Positions 12,570 through 22,852 of a DNA stretch of 22,852 nt are shown here, piece by piece. The translations under genes and the position numbers were made by a program. The first letter of the stretch is position 1, and every line of letters starts with the position of its first letter. The notes beneath the pieces are model-generated. The model was not told where the DNA came from. It ran no database searches and saw only the letters and a list, made by a program, of their open reading frames with translations. This DNA comes from Paramoeba atlantica. Its lineage: Eukaryota > Protista > Discosea. The stretch is taken from contig CDRNVI010000208.1 in the NCBI GenBank assembly GCA_977017575.1, positions 1 to 22,852 of the forward strand. The letters run 5' to 3'.

Positions 12570-13460
12570 TGTGATTACTGAGGGAGTGTCAACTCTCAAT
12601 CTCACTCTGAGCATGACCGCGAACCATACTATCATGACACCGATCGAGGTGACTACCGAGACCACCAAGACTACTGAGACTACTACTCTAAGGATGGGAG
12701 ACTGAGAAGTGATTCAAAAAGGGATAACCACGAGTGGTGCTGCAGAGAAGATTATAGTGGAAGGAGTAGGGATGGTCAGGGTTCTGGCTGGAAGTGACTG
12801 GTAGAAATAGTAGAATGTGAAGGTTTACTGCTGGAAGGTGTCAAGAAAGCAATTATGATGAAATCCTAGAAGAAGAAGTGCTCTGCAACTACACTGCTGT
12901 TACAAGTATTTGGTGCAAAACTGTTGGGAGAGGCTGAAACCTTGATGCAAGAGAGTGATTGGTGTGACCTCATTTGTGAACCCCCCTACCAGAGGAAGGG
13001 TGTTTATCAATGTAAAAACCCCAAGGCGAGCCAAAAACTGGATTGGAAACCAATTGGTATTGTGGGTGAAATCTACATTGATGATGATATGTTTTTGAGA
13101 TGTATTGTTAGAAGAGAGGAAAGTCAACAGTTTAACCCAGAATCTATACTGTCTTACCACTCATCAGAAGTGATTGATAACATGTTCTACTGGTACATCA
13201 AGAATGGCTATGGAGTTCTTTCTGACAAAGTACCTAATACAGGATTATACATGAAGATGAAACTCAATGGGTCAAAACTACAAATTATCAGTGACCATTC
13301 AAATGTGAACAAAGCTGATGAGATCAGACCAAGATCATTCAAGCTCTTCTCTCCTGAGGATATGAAGTGTATCATGAGAAAAATTGTGGACCTTTGGTTC
13401 TTTTCGTTCGATATATCTAATTTTTTCCACTCCTTTGTTATCTCCAAACTGATGAGAGTG
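12570..13460 (+). mobile_element. Decayed DIRS-like (or other LTR-type) retroelement fragment: R/D/Y-rich region plus N-terminal RT motifs
   Basis: One frame, with TGA/TAG stops upstream of 12924. GLYMKMKLNGSKLQIISDHSNVN...FKLFSPEDM...WFFSFDISNFFHSF fits the pattern F.v.K..G.k.R.I.D.r.lN...FK...w..s.D..aF.h of DIRS-type RTs. Truncated before the YxDD motif where it meets the copia remnant. Confidence 0.55.
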
Positions 13461-13671
13461 TTATTGTTTTGTTTTCGCCTTCCACATAATATCTTGGCAA
13501 TCTTCCCAGGGCACTTCTCTTCTTCAATTCAGGGATCCCAAAAGCATATTCATCAAATAAAATGCTCAAGCTTTGGAAAGTTTTCTGTTGGATCGGGTCA
13601 AATAGCAAAAATCCATGCATATTGTCAGCAGGTCCCAAATTGATTCCAGCTCTTGAAACAGGGTCAGTTTT

Positions 13672-14069
13672 AAATTCAACTATGTCCAACCCTGGGGGGG
13701 CGAGTTCAAATTCCAGTTTTTCAATATTACAGAAAATTTTTCTGGTGCTGTTGAGTGATTTGATTGGAGTGAGGAACTCTTGAAGAAGTGTGAAAATCGG
13801 AACAGATTACATCTCAGCCCTGTCTACTAAAAAGTTGAGGATAAATTCCCTTGGAAGGAGCTTTGGATTATTCTCCCTTCTGATGTGCATCCTCCAGCCT
13901 GAACTTGCAAAAGTTCTAAAGTTCAGCATAAAGACCGACTGAACTAAGCTGAAGTTTAAAAACTTCACCTCTTGTTAGAGGTTAAAAACAAACATAATTT
14001 AATGTAATTCAAATGGCTTAGATTAAGAACTACTAATTGAATAAAGTCTGCCTCAAAAAAAAAAAAAAA
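13672..14069 (+). mobile_element. 5'-truncated retroposed insert with AATAAA, poly(A) tail and 16-bp target-site duplication
   Basis: AAACAGGGTCAGTTTT occurs at both 13656-13671 and 14070-14085. AATAAA at 14040-14045 and an A18 run at 14055-14072. Removing the insert restores the copia frame (RSKTDPVSRAG). Confidence 0.9.
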
Positions 14070-14298
14070 AAACAGGGTCAGTTTTGGAGCGCATTTCTCA
14101 AGGAATATGAGCAAAAGCATGGCAGCCAAAGGTTCTAATTAAATCCATAGAGGGTTTTCTCTCATACAATTTTTCAAGAGGAGTAATCTTCTCACTTTCT
14201 TTCACAGTCATAGAGATTAATTTTGCAGCCATTCTTTCAGCAAATTCCCAAAAATTAGCAGGTAATCCAGCAGCCAGACGAATCGCTTAGGCAGTACT

Positions 14299-15414
14299 TC
14301 ATCGGGTATAATTTCCTCTTTCAGCAATACCATTTTCTTGAAAGCAGCAAAGGCTGGAACAGTGGATTTCTATTCCTTTCTTGCGACAGTATATACTGAG
14401 AGAGGTTTCTTGTCCAATAAATTCAGAGGCTCCATCACATTGTAAAATCTTCACTTTCACACCAGCTTGTCTCTCCAATTTTCGAATTACATCAATTATC
14501 TTATTGCCAGCATCTGATTTTCTTTTAATAAATTGAGATAAATCACAGCCAGAGTAATCTTCAATAATCGAAATCAAGTATTTGTTGTTATGGTAAGAGA
14601 GAGTAGACTTCTCATGCAAATCAATGTGTAACATCTCACCACGGCATCGAAAAGTGCAGCAACCACTATGATGAGGTCTCATCTTGTTCTTCGCAAAAAT
14701 ACAGGCATCACAAACTTGGTCAGGATCAGCAATCAGGTCTTTGTAGTTGGGAGGCAGCCCATGAATGGCTTTCGCACCAATTGTTCTACACAAACCGGAA
14801 AGATGACCATGTCTTTGATGCCATAACTTCAATTCTTTTTCATGTTCAGAATTCAAGGTTTGATGAACTCTCTTCTTTGGTCCAGTTTCATCAAGAGCAA
14901 TGTATTCATCTGCATCAGCTTCTTCGATTACTTTTTGAGTACAATAAACATGGTTCATATTAGGGAGTGGCAAGTGATAAAGTCCATTTCTTTGGCTTCC
15001 AGATAAAATCGTTTCAGCTTCAGAAAGTGGAATTTTCTTTCTTGTCACTTTGACACCATCCTTGTTGAAAATAATCGAGGTGTTCCAAGTCTCACACATT
15101 TGAGATACAGAGAGCAAGTTCAGGGTATAATCTGGCACAACAGAAATATTCTCAAGAAGTTTCATATCTTTTGCTAAATTTAAATCACCTTGAAGGACAA
15201 CTTGGATCAAATCACCATTGGCTTGCGAGATTTCGAGAATTTCATCAGGTTTACAGGCATTCACAAGGTATTCTCTTGATTTCAGAATAGAAGTTGTGCA
15301 TTCAGAATCAATAATCGCTTCATTATCTGAGAAGAGTTGAAGTCTTTTTGTTTCATAGGCAGAGAAAGATTTTAAAACAGACAAAAAGCATACAGGAAAC
15401 CCTTTATTGGTCAT
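14299..15414 (-). pseudogene. Copia pol segment: protease, GAG-pre-integrase HHCC and rve-type integrase core
   Basis: 371-aa ORF from the track with the motifs listed for the copia remnant. The protease DSG motif reads DSE. Confidence 0.88.
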
Positions 15415-15603
15415 CTTAACTTTCCATTCTTCAAACTGTTATTGGAATTCAAGGAACTCATGAAAAGCAATTTCACCAGCTGGTGCCTTAGAAAGAAAGC
15501 ATTTTCGTGCTGTATAGCGTCCAAAACCACAATTAAAACATTTATATGGTCTCTTTGGCAGTTCTTCCCAATCAGGTTGAGTTCAAAGAGCAGAGTACGG
15601 ATC

Positions 15604-15604
<1 letters not shown>

Positions 15605-15643
<39 letters not shown>

Positions 15644-15868
15644 AGGGGTTCAAGATACAATTGTCTGAATTTCCTATCTTTTGTTGTAGTGTGTATTCTT
15701 GTGGCTGGTTGCCACAGAAAATATTATGGAAACCTCTTCACCCAGTGTAAAGGAAGGAGAAGAAATTCCTGCCAGAAACGCCTGGTCAGGACAAGCGGAT
15801 AGTGAATCATTTGCTCAAATTGTAAAAAAAAGTGAAAGAAAGAAAAGACCTCTTGAAACCAAGGAAGG
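15605..15868 (+). mobile_element. Second copy of the LINE 5' end (A37 + 5' UTR + first ~50 codons of ORF1), 3'-truncated
   Basis: 15642-15868 aligns by eye with 3207-3443 with few substitutions. Preceded by an A-run at 15605-15641. Confidence 0.93.
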
Positions 15869-15999
15869 CTTTCCAGCCCTATACATTGCAAAAAACTAAC
15901 GAATTTTTTCGAAAGATTTACGAATCGAATCGATTAAGGTGACGATTCTATCCGAAAGAGACGAAAAACATCGAAGCATAAGGTGTGCTAAAAAAGAAA

Positions 16000-17484
16000 C
16001 CTTTTGTTTTTCTTTGATTTTCTCAATTCTTTCTTTTGATTGTGTGTGGAAAAGTGAAATGATTGATCCGGTGGTGTTGTTTTTAATAGTTTGTGAATAA
16101 AGAAAAAAAAAAAGAATAACAAACTAAAACATTCACTTGAAATATGGAATAAAAAAGTTCATTGGTAAATCAAACAATCTATCATGTATCTTTCCAAACC
16201 TTTCAACTCTTCTTTTCTTTCAATTTCTTTCTTTTCTTTTTCTGTTTTTCTGTTTTTTTCTCACCCGCCGCTTTCTTTTCCGAAAAAGAAAAAAAAAATC
16301 CAATTCCCAATCAAATGTTGCCACATCATCCATTTTCTTTTTCTTTTTTTGGTTTTTTTTTTTGGTTTTTTGTTTCGAACAGTTTTTTTTTTCTTTTTTG
16401 TTTGTGAGAAAGAAAGAAAAAAAGAAAAAGAAAGAGAAAGAGAAAGATTCAACAAAAAAGAGAAAAAAACAAAAAAAAACAAAGAAAAAGGATTGTATGA
16501 CCAAAATTGATTGAAAAAATCCAAATGCAAACCAAAAATAAGATTAAAGAAGAAAAAAAGAAAAAGAATTGAATTTGTATTGGTCCTATCTTGATGGAAG
16601 CTTGAACAACTAAGAAAAAACAAGAACATTTGAATTCTTTTTCACCTCCTTGCCAAATTTCAAGAAAAAAAATCGCACCCAAAATAAAAATCGGTTTTTC
16701 GGCAAAAAAGTTTTTCTTTTTTGTTTTTTGTTTTTGTTTGATTTTTGTGTTTGGTTTTTGTTTTTTGAAAGATGAGAAAAATAGACTTTTAGAAATCAAG
16801 AGATTTTTGGTTTTTTCAATGTATCACTTTTATATTAAGAAAGAGAAATGAAAAACCAATCTATTTTTCTCAAAGTGAGAAAGATAAGAGAATTCACAAG
16901 GTTTATCCGGTGATTCAATTCTTTGAGGTTTTCTTTCTTTTCTTTTTTCCTCTTCTTTTTCTTGTTTCTTTTTTTCTTTTTCTCTTTTTTTTTTTCGTTT
17001 CTTTTTTCTTCTTTTTCCTTCATCTCTTTTTCTTTTTTACTTTTTTTCACACAAAATTGTTTTTTTTTTTTCTTTTGGTTTTTTTCTTTTGGTTTTTTTC
17101 TTTTTCTCTTTTTTCTTTTTCTCTTTTTCTTTTTCTTTTTTGAAAAGATTTAGAAAAATGAAAAACTAATTCTTTTTATTCTCAGAATGAACAAAATAAA
17201 AAAAATCAAAAGGGATTCATTTTCTTTTGTGTTGAGTGGGAACAGGATTTCTTTTTTTTCAATGGTTTTTTGATTTCTTTTTTGATTTCTTTTTTTCTTT
17301 TTCTCTCATTTTCTTCTTTTTTTTTTCTTTTTGTTTTTTTTTATTTCTTTTTTATTTCAGGGTTTTGAAAGCTTAAAAATATGAAAGTTTGTTTTTTGTT
17401 GTTTCTTTTGAGTTTTAATCTTTTTGTTGATATTCGGAATTTTTTTTGTTTTATTTTTTTTTATTTTAATTGTTTTTTTTTTTT
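16000..17484. repeat. Low-complexity A-rich/T-rich DNA
   Basis: Alternating poly-A and poly-T/pyrimidine tracts. The ORFs called here are poly-F or poly-K artefacts. Confidence 0.8.
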
Positions 17485-18983
17485 AGAAACTGTTCTTTAT
17501 CATTGAAAATAACATCGTCTTATTCCCTGTGATTTACTGTATCCAAAGAATCCTATTTTTCTCTTAGATAAAGCACAATGTGATGTGATGTGATGGGTTA
17601 GAGGTTCAGTTTCTTTTTTCCAACATTTTTTTAAACAATATTTAAATAATTAAAGTTTTAATGTTTTTTCCTTCAGAAACTGTTCTTTATCATTGAAAAT
17701 TATATCGTCTTATTCCTTGTGATTTACTGTATCCAAAGAAGCCTATTTTTCTCTCAGATAAAGCACAATGATGTGATATGAGGGGTTCAGTTTCTTTTTT
17801 CGGGTATTTTTTTAAACAATAACTAATTACTTTTTTTATTGTTTTTTCCTTCAGAAACTATTCTTTATTATTGAAAATAATATCGTCTTATTCCTTGTGA
17901 TTTACTGTATCCAAAGAAGCCTATTTTTCTCAGATAAAGCACAATGATGTGATATGAGGGGTTTAGTTTCTTTTTTTCGATATTTTTTTAAACAATAACT
18001 AATTACTTTTTTTTATTGTTTTTTCCTTCAGAAACTGTTCTTTATTATTGAAAATCACATCATCTTATTCCTTGTGATTTACTCTCTCCAAAGAAGCCTA
18101 TTTTTCTCAAATAAGCACCTGATGTGATGTGAGAGGTTCAGTTTCTTTTTTTCGGTATTTTTTTAAAGAGTAACTAATTACTTTTTTTTATTGTTTTTTT
18201 CTTCAGAGAGTGTTTTTTATCATTGAAAATCATATCATCTTATTCCTTGTGATTTACTGTATCCAAAGAAGCCTATTTTTCTCAGATAAAGCACTTGATG
18301 TGATATGAGGGGTTCAGTTTCTTTTTTTCGATATTTTTTTAAACAATAACTAATTACTTTTTTTTATTGTTTTTTCCTTCAGAAACTGTTCTTTATCATT
18401 GAAAATCACATCGTCTTATTCCCTGTGATTTACTCTCTCCAAAGAAGCCTATTTTTCTCAGATAAAGCACTTGATGTGATGTGAGGGGTTCAGTTTCTTT
18501 TTTTCAATATTTTTTTAAACAATAACTAATTACTTTTTTTTATTGTTTTTTCCTTCAGAGAATGTTCTTTATCATTGAAAATTACATCGTCTTATTCCTT
18601 GTGATTTACTCTCTCCAAAGAAGTCTATTTTTCTCAGATAAAACACAATGTGATGTGATGGGTTAGAGGTTCAGTTTCTTTTTTCTAGTATTTTTTTAAA
18701 CAGTAATTAATTACTTTTTTTTATTGTTTTTTTCTTCAGAGAGTGTTTTTTATCATTGAAAATTACATCGTCTTATTCCTTGTGATTTACTTGTATTTAA
18801 AGAATCCTATTTTTCTCTCAGATAAAGCACAATGTGATGTGATGGGTTAGGGATTTAGTTTCTTTTTTCTGATATTTTTTTAAATAATATTTAAATAACT
18901 TTTTGTTTTAATGTTTTTTCTTTCAGAGAATGTTCTTTATCCATTGAAAAATTGTATCGTCTTATTCCTTTTGTGATTTACTC
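17485..18983. repeat. Subtelomeric tandem satellite, ~175-190 bp unit, 8 full units plus a partial ninth
   Basis: Unit starts (AGAAACTGTTCTTTATC-like) at about 17485, 17675, 17853, 18030, 18205, 18381, 18557, 18738 and 18925. Confidence 0.95.
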
Positions 18984-19191
18984 TTGCTTTGAAACCACCA
19001 AGAAATAAGAGCACTCTTATTTTTTAATGGACTGAGATTTTTTTGTGCTTTGGTTTTCTTTCTTTTTTTTCTTTTTTTCTTTTTTTTCTTTTATTTTTTC
19101 TCTTCTTTTTCTTTTTTTTTCTCTCTTTTATTCTTTTTTGTTTCTTGCTCCTCCAATCCTTTTTTTTTTTCTCTTCTCCCTCTTTCTTCCT

Positions 19192-19246
<55 letters not shown>

Positions 19247-20423
19247 TCTTTTTTCTTTTTGCTAATTTTCCTCTTTTGCCTCTTTCTCTCTTACCAAAGT
19301 ATTGTTGGGGGTTTAGGGGTGATATTGTGGACCACATCTAATTAGGTTTACAAGCTTCTCTCCCTCTCCTTTCATTGCTCCTCCTTTTTTCCTTCCCTTC
19401 CTCCTTCTCTCTGTGTTCAATTTGCTTTCCTTTCTTTTGTTTCATCTTTGACACGTCCTGTCCGTGTGCAGCCAAAATCTACTCTCCTCTTTTCTGATTT
19501 ATTTTTTTTCTTTTACTTTCTCTTTTGTTTTTTGGAGTTCAAAATAATAAAAAAGAAAGGTTAAAGGTTTGTTTTGTTTTTTTGAAAAATCAAAAAAATA
19601 TTAATAAAAAAATTAATTTTTGATTTGTTTTATTTTTTGGTTTTTTTGAAAAAAAATGAAAAACACAAACACACAACACAATGATCGCAAATGAAAAACA
19701 AACTAATATCACCTTAACAACAAAGAAAAAAACCATTAACCCTTCCTTTTATCAACACCAACTATATTGCACAAGTCTCCGGACTTATGGAGAGTTGGCC
19801 TCCTCCCTTCAGCAGTGGTGGGTGTGGTGCCCCTCCGTCTGTGTAAAGATGGCAAGAAGATGAAAAATCTGGAAATTGAAACACTAGGGTTTAGGGTTGT
19901 TATTTATGGTTGTTGTTGGTTGTGTTGTTGCCTCTTTATGCTTGGTGAATCAGCAAACACTTTTATTTTTTCTTGGAATAGGGTTTAGACTTCAATTTTC
20001 AGTGTGCCAGTAAGTTGCTTCTTAAATCTTTTTTTTTTGTTTTAAGAACTCTGCCAACATAGCGGTAGAGTTCTCTTTTGTTTTCTTTCTTCTCTAAACC
20101 CACAAATATTCTAACAAAAAAAAAAACAAAAAAATTCTCAAAAATTCTCAAAAAAATTCTCAAAAAATTCTCAAAAAAAAACAAAAAAAATTCTCACAAA
20201 AAAAAAAAATAAAAAAAAGCAGAGTTCCTACCCCCTCCCATTTTTCAGGCACAAAAATCCCTTTTTTGCAGACACTTTTTTTTGAGAATTTTTTGAGAAT
20301 TTTTTGTTTTTTTTTTTGTTTTTTTTTTTATTTTTTTTTTATTTTTTTTTTATTTTTTTTTTTTTTTTTGAATTCTCCACACAAGAGAAATATTGAACAC
20401 ATTTTTTGTGTTAGTTTCTTTCC

Positions 20424-21645
20424 ATGTCCCATAAAGTCCTTTTTCCCTCTCTTCGTCAAAAAGACCGCCGAACATACTGGTGTTTACAAAAAAGAGAAGA
20501 AAGAGAAGCAAAAAAGCGAAAAGTGCAAGCGATGAATGAGGACAATTTTTACTTAACAGCATTTCAATGCAACCCCCCTTCCTCTTCTTCTTTACTACCT
20601 TTGAGAAAGGAGGAGGAGAAGTTTACGATATTACCACCTTTTTCAGTTTCTATTCCAGAGCCTTTCAAAAATTATTATCTTTCCTCCTCCGTTCTCAGCA
20701 GCAGCAGCAGAAGCAGCCTTTTAAACCCTCTCAACAAACCTGGAAAAGAACACAAAATTCTTCCCTTTTTTTCACTTCACGAATATCATATCTTTACGAA
20801 CACAAACCTTCCTCAACCACTTCTAACATTTCCACCAGTTCTTTCCCAATATTTGAGCATCTTCTTTTTCTTTTTGAAGAATTCTTGTCGTTTTTCACAA
20901 AAACAAACTTCAAAAAATTTTGATCTTAAAGGAACAATTATGATTGGGTATACTGTTAATGCAATTGGGGCAACAGGTTTTTTCTTTAATTTTTTTTTCT
21001 TTAATTTTTTATCTCTTTTTTCTTTGTTTTTTTCGTTTATCTTTTTTCTCTAACCTTATTTTTGTTTCTTTTTCGTCTGTTCGTCTTACACCCTAACCCA
21101 CCCACCCCCTTTAATTGTTTTCCCCTAATTTTGGATTAGGTTTTGAAAAACCCCACAATTTTGTCCGCCATTTTGGAGTTGCTAATAATCCACTCGAACG
21201 AAAAATTCCCCAATGGAAAAAACAATTATGGCTTCAAGGGAAATACCTATGTTCTCTTCTCGATGATCGCTTCGCTTCTGGGGAATTTGTAATCTATGTT
21301 TCTTTAATGACATCGAATGACCAATCAGTCAAATGGCACTCTGATGAACGCGATATTACATTTCAAATTGTTATTTTTTTAGGAACGTTTGTCGGTGAGA
21401 GTTTTTTTGAATTTGAAGACCCAACAGGAGCATATACAATTCGAATTCCAATTATTCCAGGAACAATAATTGTTTTTGACGGACGTTTGCGACATCGAAA
21501 AATTGCAATGGAAAGTTTTCGTGGGGAACAATACACTGTTATTTTTTTTAAAAATTATGACCAGCAATTCTCTTCCCCGGATAATATTATGTGGCCTCCT
21601 CACTCTTATCATATTTCTTATAATAAAAATATTCTTTTTTTTTAA
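20424..21645 (+). CDS. Spliced 2OG-Fe(II) dioxygenase, TET/JBP-like candidate (exon 20424-20976, intron 20977-21139, exon 21140-21645; ~352 aa)
   Basis: A phase-1 GT...AG intron with CCCTAAT branch-like site (~21122-21128) joins ORF 20424 in frame to ORF 21115 (...NAIGATG-FEKPHN...). Motifs WHSDERD (HxD, 21337-21345), LGTFVG, PGTIIVFDGRLRH (distal His 21493) and GEQYTVIFFK. The start codon and any upstream exons are uncertain. Confidence 0.7.
20977..21139 (+). other. 163-nt spliceosomal intron (predicted)
   Basis: ACAG|GTTTTT donor, T-rich body, CTAAC/CTAAT branch candidates, TAG acceptor, and frame restoration across the junction. Confidence 0.75.
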
Positions 21646-21896
21646 ATTCAAAAAAATTCAAAGATCTTTAATTGTTATTTTTATGGTGGGTAGTTTCAGG
21701 GTTTAAGGTTTTGGAAGAAAAAGAATCAAAAGAAGAAGAAAATCAACAAACATCAAACACCAATCCACCAATTTTCTCTTCTTTTGATTTCGATTCAAAT
21801 ATTAATTCTTTGAAAAAAAAAAGAATTGACACAAAAAAACAACAATGAAAAGATGTCTTTTTATTTGGGACACCGATTTTTTTTTTCGTTTTTTTT

Positions 21897-22852
21897 TTTA
21901 GGGTTTAGGGTTTAGGGTTTAGGGTTTAGGGTTTAGGGTTTAGGGTTTAGGGTTTAGGGTTTAGGGTTTAGGGTTTAGGGTTTAGGGTTTAGGGTTTAGG
22001 GTTTAGGGTTTAGGGTTTAGGGTTTAGGGTTTAGGGTTTAGGGTTTAGGGTTTAGGGTTTAGGGTTTAGGGTTTAGGGTTTAGGGTTTAGGGTTTAGGGT
22101 TTAGGGTTTAGGGTTTAGGGTTTAGGGTTTAGGGTTTAGGGTTTAGGGTTTAGGGTTTAGGGTTTAGGGTTTAGGGTTTAGGGTTTAGGGTTTAGGGTTT
22201 AGGGTTTAGGGTTTAGGGTTTAGGGTTTAGGGTTTAGGGTTAGGGTTTAGGGTTTAGGGTTTAGGGTTTAGGGTTTAGGGTTTAGGGTTTAGGGTTTAGG
22301 GTTTAGGGTTTAGGGTTTAGGGTTTAGGGTTTAGGGTTTAGGGTTTAGGGTTTAGGGTTTAGGGTTTAGGGTTTAGGGTTTAGGGTTTAGGGTTTAGGGT
22401 TTAGGGTTTAGGGTTTAGGGTTTAGGGTTTAGGGTTTAGGGTTTAGGGTTTAGGGTTTAGGGTTTAGGGTTTAGGGTTTAGGGTTTAGGGTTTAGGGTTT
22501 AGGGTTTAGGGTTTAGGGTTTAGGGTTTAGGGTTTAGGGTTTAGGGTTTAGGGTTTAGGGTTTAGGGTTTAGGGTTTAGGGTTTAGGGTTTAGGGTTTAG
22601 GGTTTAGGGTTTAGGGTTTAGGGTTTAGGGTTTAGGGTTTAGGGTTTAGGGTTTAGGGTTTAGGGTTTAGGGTTTAGGGTTTAGGGTTTAGGGTTTAGGG
22701 TTTAGGGTTTAGGGTTTAGGGTTTAGGGTTTAGGGTTTAGGGTTTAGGGTTTAGGGTTTAGGGTTTAGGGTTTAGGGTTTAGGGTTTAGGGTTTAGGGTT
22801 TAGGGTTTAGGGTTAGGTTTAGGGTTTAGGGTTTAGGGTTTAGGGTTTAGGG
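21897..22852 (+). repeat. Telomeric array (TTTAGGG)n, G-strand running toward the chromosome end
   Basis: About 136 near-perfect heptamers reaching the window end, with rare variants (e.g. TTAGGG near 22240, TTAGG near 22813). Confidence 0.99.

Larger units (their letters stand above)
13465..15604 (-). mobile_element. Ty1/copia LTR retrotransposon internal remnant (gag zinc knuckle, protease, integrase, post-integrase SH3-like region); no LTR or RT visible
   Basis: Single reading frame once the 13672-14069 insert is removed. Knuckle CFNCGFGRYTARKC (15540-15499), protease IIDSECTTSI, GLYHL, LWHQRHGH...CDAC, integrase core HIDL...EDYS...CDGASEF...ENGIAER, then LPANFWEFAE...FGCHAF...RSKTDPVSRAGINLG...FDP...ILFDE. 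Several premature stops. The left boundary is approximate. Confidence 0.9.

Noticed and set aside
13461-13643. C-terminal part of ORF 12924..13643
   Set aside because: It is the antisense of the copia post-integrase region, not part of the RT.
17485-18983. CRISPR array, snoRNA cluster, SL RNA or 5S array
   Set aside because: There are no unique spacers, no properly ordered box C/D pair, and no recognisable 5S or SL sequence. It behaves as a satellite.
16137-19345. Many overlapping poly-Phe / poly-Lys ORFs (also 11033-11416 and 291-839)
   Set aside because: They are artefacts of poly-T and poly-A tracts lacking stop codons, with no credible protein content.

Overview
This is the terminal 22.9 kb of a eukaryotic chromosome arm, ending in about 950 bp of (TTTAGGG)n telomere. 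The sequence is AT-rich with long homopolymers and short GT-AG introns carrying CTAAT-type branch sites. It looks protist-like, but the host cannot be identified from this window. From left to right it contains: (1) a small repetitive ORF; (2) a Cys-rich, TE-like ORF cut off by a 98-nt A-run; (3) a near full-length L1/Tx1-like non-LTR retrotransposon (ORF1, then APE-RT-CCHC-RNase H) whose ORF2 is broken only by three in-frame TGA codons; (4) decayed ORFs; (5) a nested TE pile made of a DIRS-like RT fragment, a Ty1/copia gag-PR-IN remnant, a poly(A)-tailed 398-bp insert with a 16-bp target-site duplication, and a second copy of the LINE 5' end again preceded by a long A-run; (6) low-complexity DNA; (7) a ~177-bp subtelomeric satellite; and (8) a spliced 2OG-Fe(II) dioxygenase gene with TET/JBP-like motif spacing ending about 250 bp from the telomere. 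The main observations are the telomere-adjacent dioxygenase, a clear CpG-deamination (5mC-like) signature in the TEs that is absent from the dioxygenase exon, and a LINE whose two 5' junctions both carry a long poly(A). All domain calls come from motif recognition by eye, not from database searches.
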